Positions 62,515 through 64,000 of a stretch of DNA of 64,000 bases are shown here, piece by piece. This DNA is from Squalus acanthias. Its lineage: Eukaryota. A model generated the notes under the pieces. That model searched no databases. It worked only from the letters and a program-made list of their open reading frames with translations, and was not told where the DNA came from. Position 1 is the stretch's first letter; the number at the start of each line of letters is the position of its first letter. The stretch covers positions 133,488,001 to 133,552,000 of the forward strand of contig CM059432.1 in NCBI GenBank assembly GCA_030390025.1. The letters are read 5' to 3'. The position numbers and the translations under genes are program-made.

Positions 62515-63129
62515 AGTATTTCTAATAATGAAACGTCGAAGATTTCCACATTTGGACGACGTTGCAATGTAGAGGAAATAACAAATATCCAATTAATTCT
62601 TCAGATTAACTTCCATTTAAAAATTCAGGCGTGCTTATTTAATAAATCAAATAAATTAAACAATATTGATGAAACGACGGAGTTCACCTTACCCCGCCTC
62701 CCATGAAATGAACAGCAACCAGTAAGTAATTTAGTAATTCTGCATGATCAATTGTATTTAATAAAACATGTTCACAAGTTCTCCAAAATACAGTATAATA
62801 TGGATTTTCCGAACAGCATAATTTTCTAATGACCTTACAGTTAATGAAATATATATTGAGGTTTCCTTTCCATGTCATTGGTGTGTATAATTAAAGGGTA
62901 AATAATAAAGGCACAAATAATTTATACATTTTCTGCCAATCGCTGTAGCTTCAAGCAATTCTGTATCTTACTTAAAAAGGTTATTTGTATTCAAATATGA
63001 ATATGTTCAATACTCTGAAGCAGGTTTGGGTTTGCAGATTTTAAACCGGTGAGCGTTGGTGCTTGGAATATGCCAGTCTAGCCATTGGGTTTTGCTGGTA
63101 AACACCACTGTTTTAAGGACAGTATGAAG

Positions 63130-63632
63130 GAGAGGGAGTGCAACGAAGGTTCACGAGATTGATTCCTGGGATGGCGGGACTGTCGTATGAGAAGAGATTG
63201 AGTAAACTAGGCCTGTATTCTCTTGAATTCAGAAGAATGAGAGGGGATCTCATTGAAGCAAACAAAATCATTACAGGGCTTGATAGGGTGGATGCTGGGA
63301 GAATGTTTCCCTTGGCTGGGGAGTCTAGAACCAGGGGCCACAGCCTCAGGATAAAGGGTAGGTCATTCAGGACTGAGATGAGAAGAAATTTCTTCACACA
63401 GAGGGTGGTGAATCTTTGGAATTCTCTACCCCAGACGGCTGTGGAGGCTCAGTCATTGGGTATATTCAAAACAGAAGTCGATAGATTTCTGACTAGTAAG
63501 GGCATCAAGGGATATGGCGATAGGGCCGGTGAATGGAGTTGAGGCAGAAGATCAGCCATGATCTCATTGAATGGCGGAGCAGGCTCGAAGGGCCGAATGG
63601 CCTAGTCCTGCTCCTATTTCTTCTGTTCTTAT
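63130..63632 (+). mobile_element. CR1 3' end
   Basis: QRRFTRLIPGM...LEFRRMRGDLIE...NLWNSLP and 3' UTR. Confidence 0.92.
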
Positions 63633-63839
63633 GGTGGCTGGATGTGTTCCTAGGTAGAGAATGTGTGCACTCGGTATCAAAAAAGTCTACTTTGTGTGCA
63701 TTTCTCAGCTTTGTTTAAAGACTCTTAAGCATGATGGTGGCTTTCTGCTGATCCAACATTCGGCTGACCAAAACACAAAACCTCTGCGCTTCCCCTGTCA
63801 ACATATCTCTGAGGTATGGAGTTTATTATATAGATAACA

Positions 63840-64000
63840 TACAACAACAACTTGCATATATATAGCACCTTTAACGTAGTAAAGCATCCCAAGGCGCTTC
63901 ACAGGAGCGTTATCCAACAAAATTTGCCACCGAGCCACATAAGGAGATATTAGGACAGGTGACCAAAACCTTGGTCAAAAAGGTAGGTTTAAGGAGCGTC
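63840..64000 (-). mobile_element. L2-type LINE 3' end (runs off window)
   Basis: (CAA)n tail and homology to the other L2 ends. Confidence 0.85.

Overview
Repeat-rich vertebrate genomic DNA, most likely a cartilaginous fish (shark), inferred from DeuSINE/SacSINE1-like SINEs, HER1-like CR1 LINEs and shark-type Penelope fragments. It appears to be largely intronic: one convincing minus-strand coding exon (58861-58994, gene not recognised) and a transposon-free CpG-rich block (about 29.8-30.9 kb). It contains: a near-complete two-gene Harbinger transposon (15830-20020); several Harbinger derivatives and MITEs; a Vingi-like LINE with an open 318-aa ORF; and many Penelope fragments carrying minimal hammerhead ribozymes from two families. 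A nested cluster of three different LTR elements sits inside a deleted Harbinger. Main findings: (1) a 3' retroviral remnant (LTR + PPT + env) whose Env looks like an F-type fusion glycoprotein (lokiretrovirus-like) rather than a gamma-type Env; (2) two independent repeat-primed templated insertions, in which unique DNA from 43-50 kb away was copied into a SINE and into an L2 tail, entering by repeat homology and exiting by 5-6 bp microhomology; (3) a solo LTR flanked by a 395-bp direct duplication. Family names come from motif recognition only, and boundaries of old repeats are approximate.
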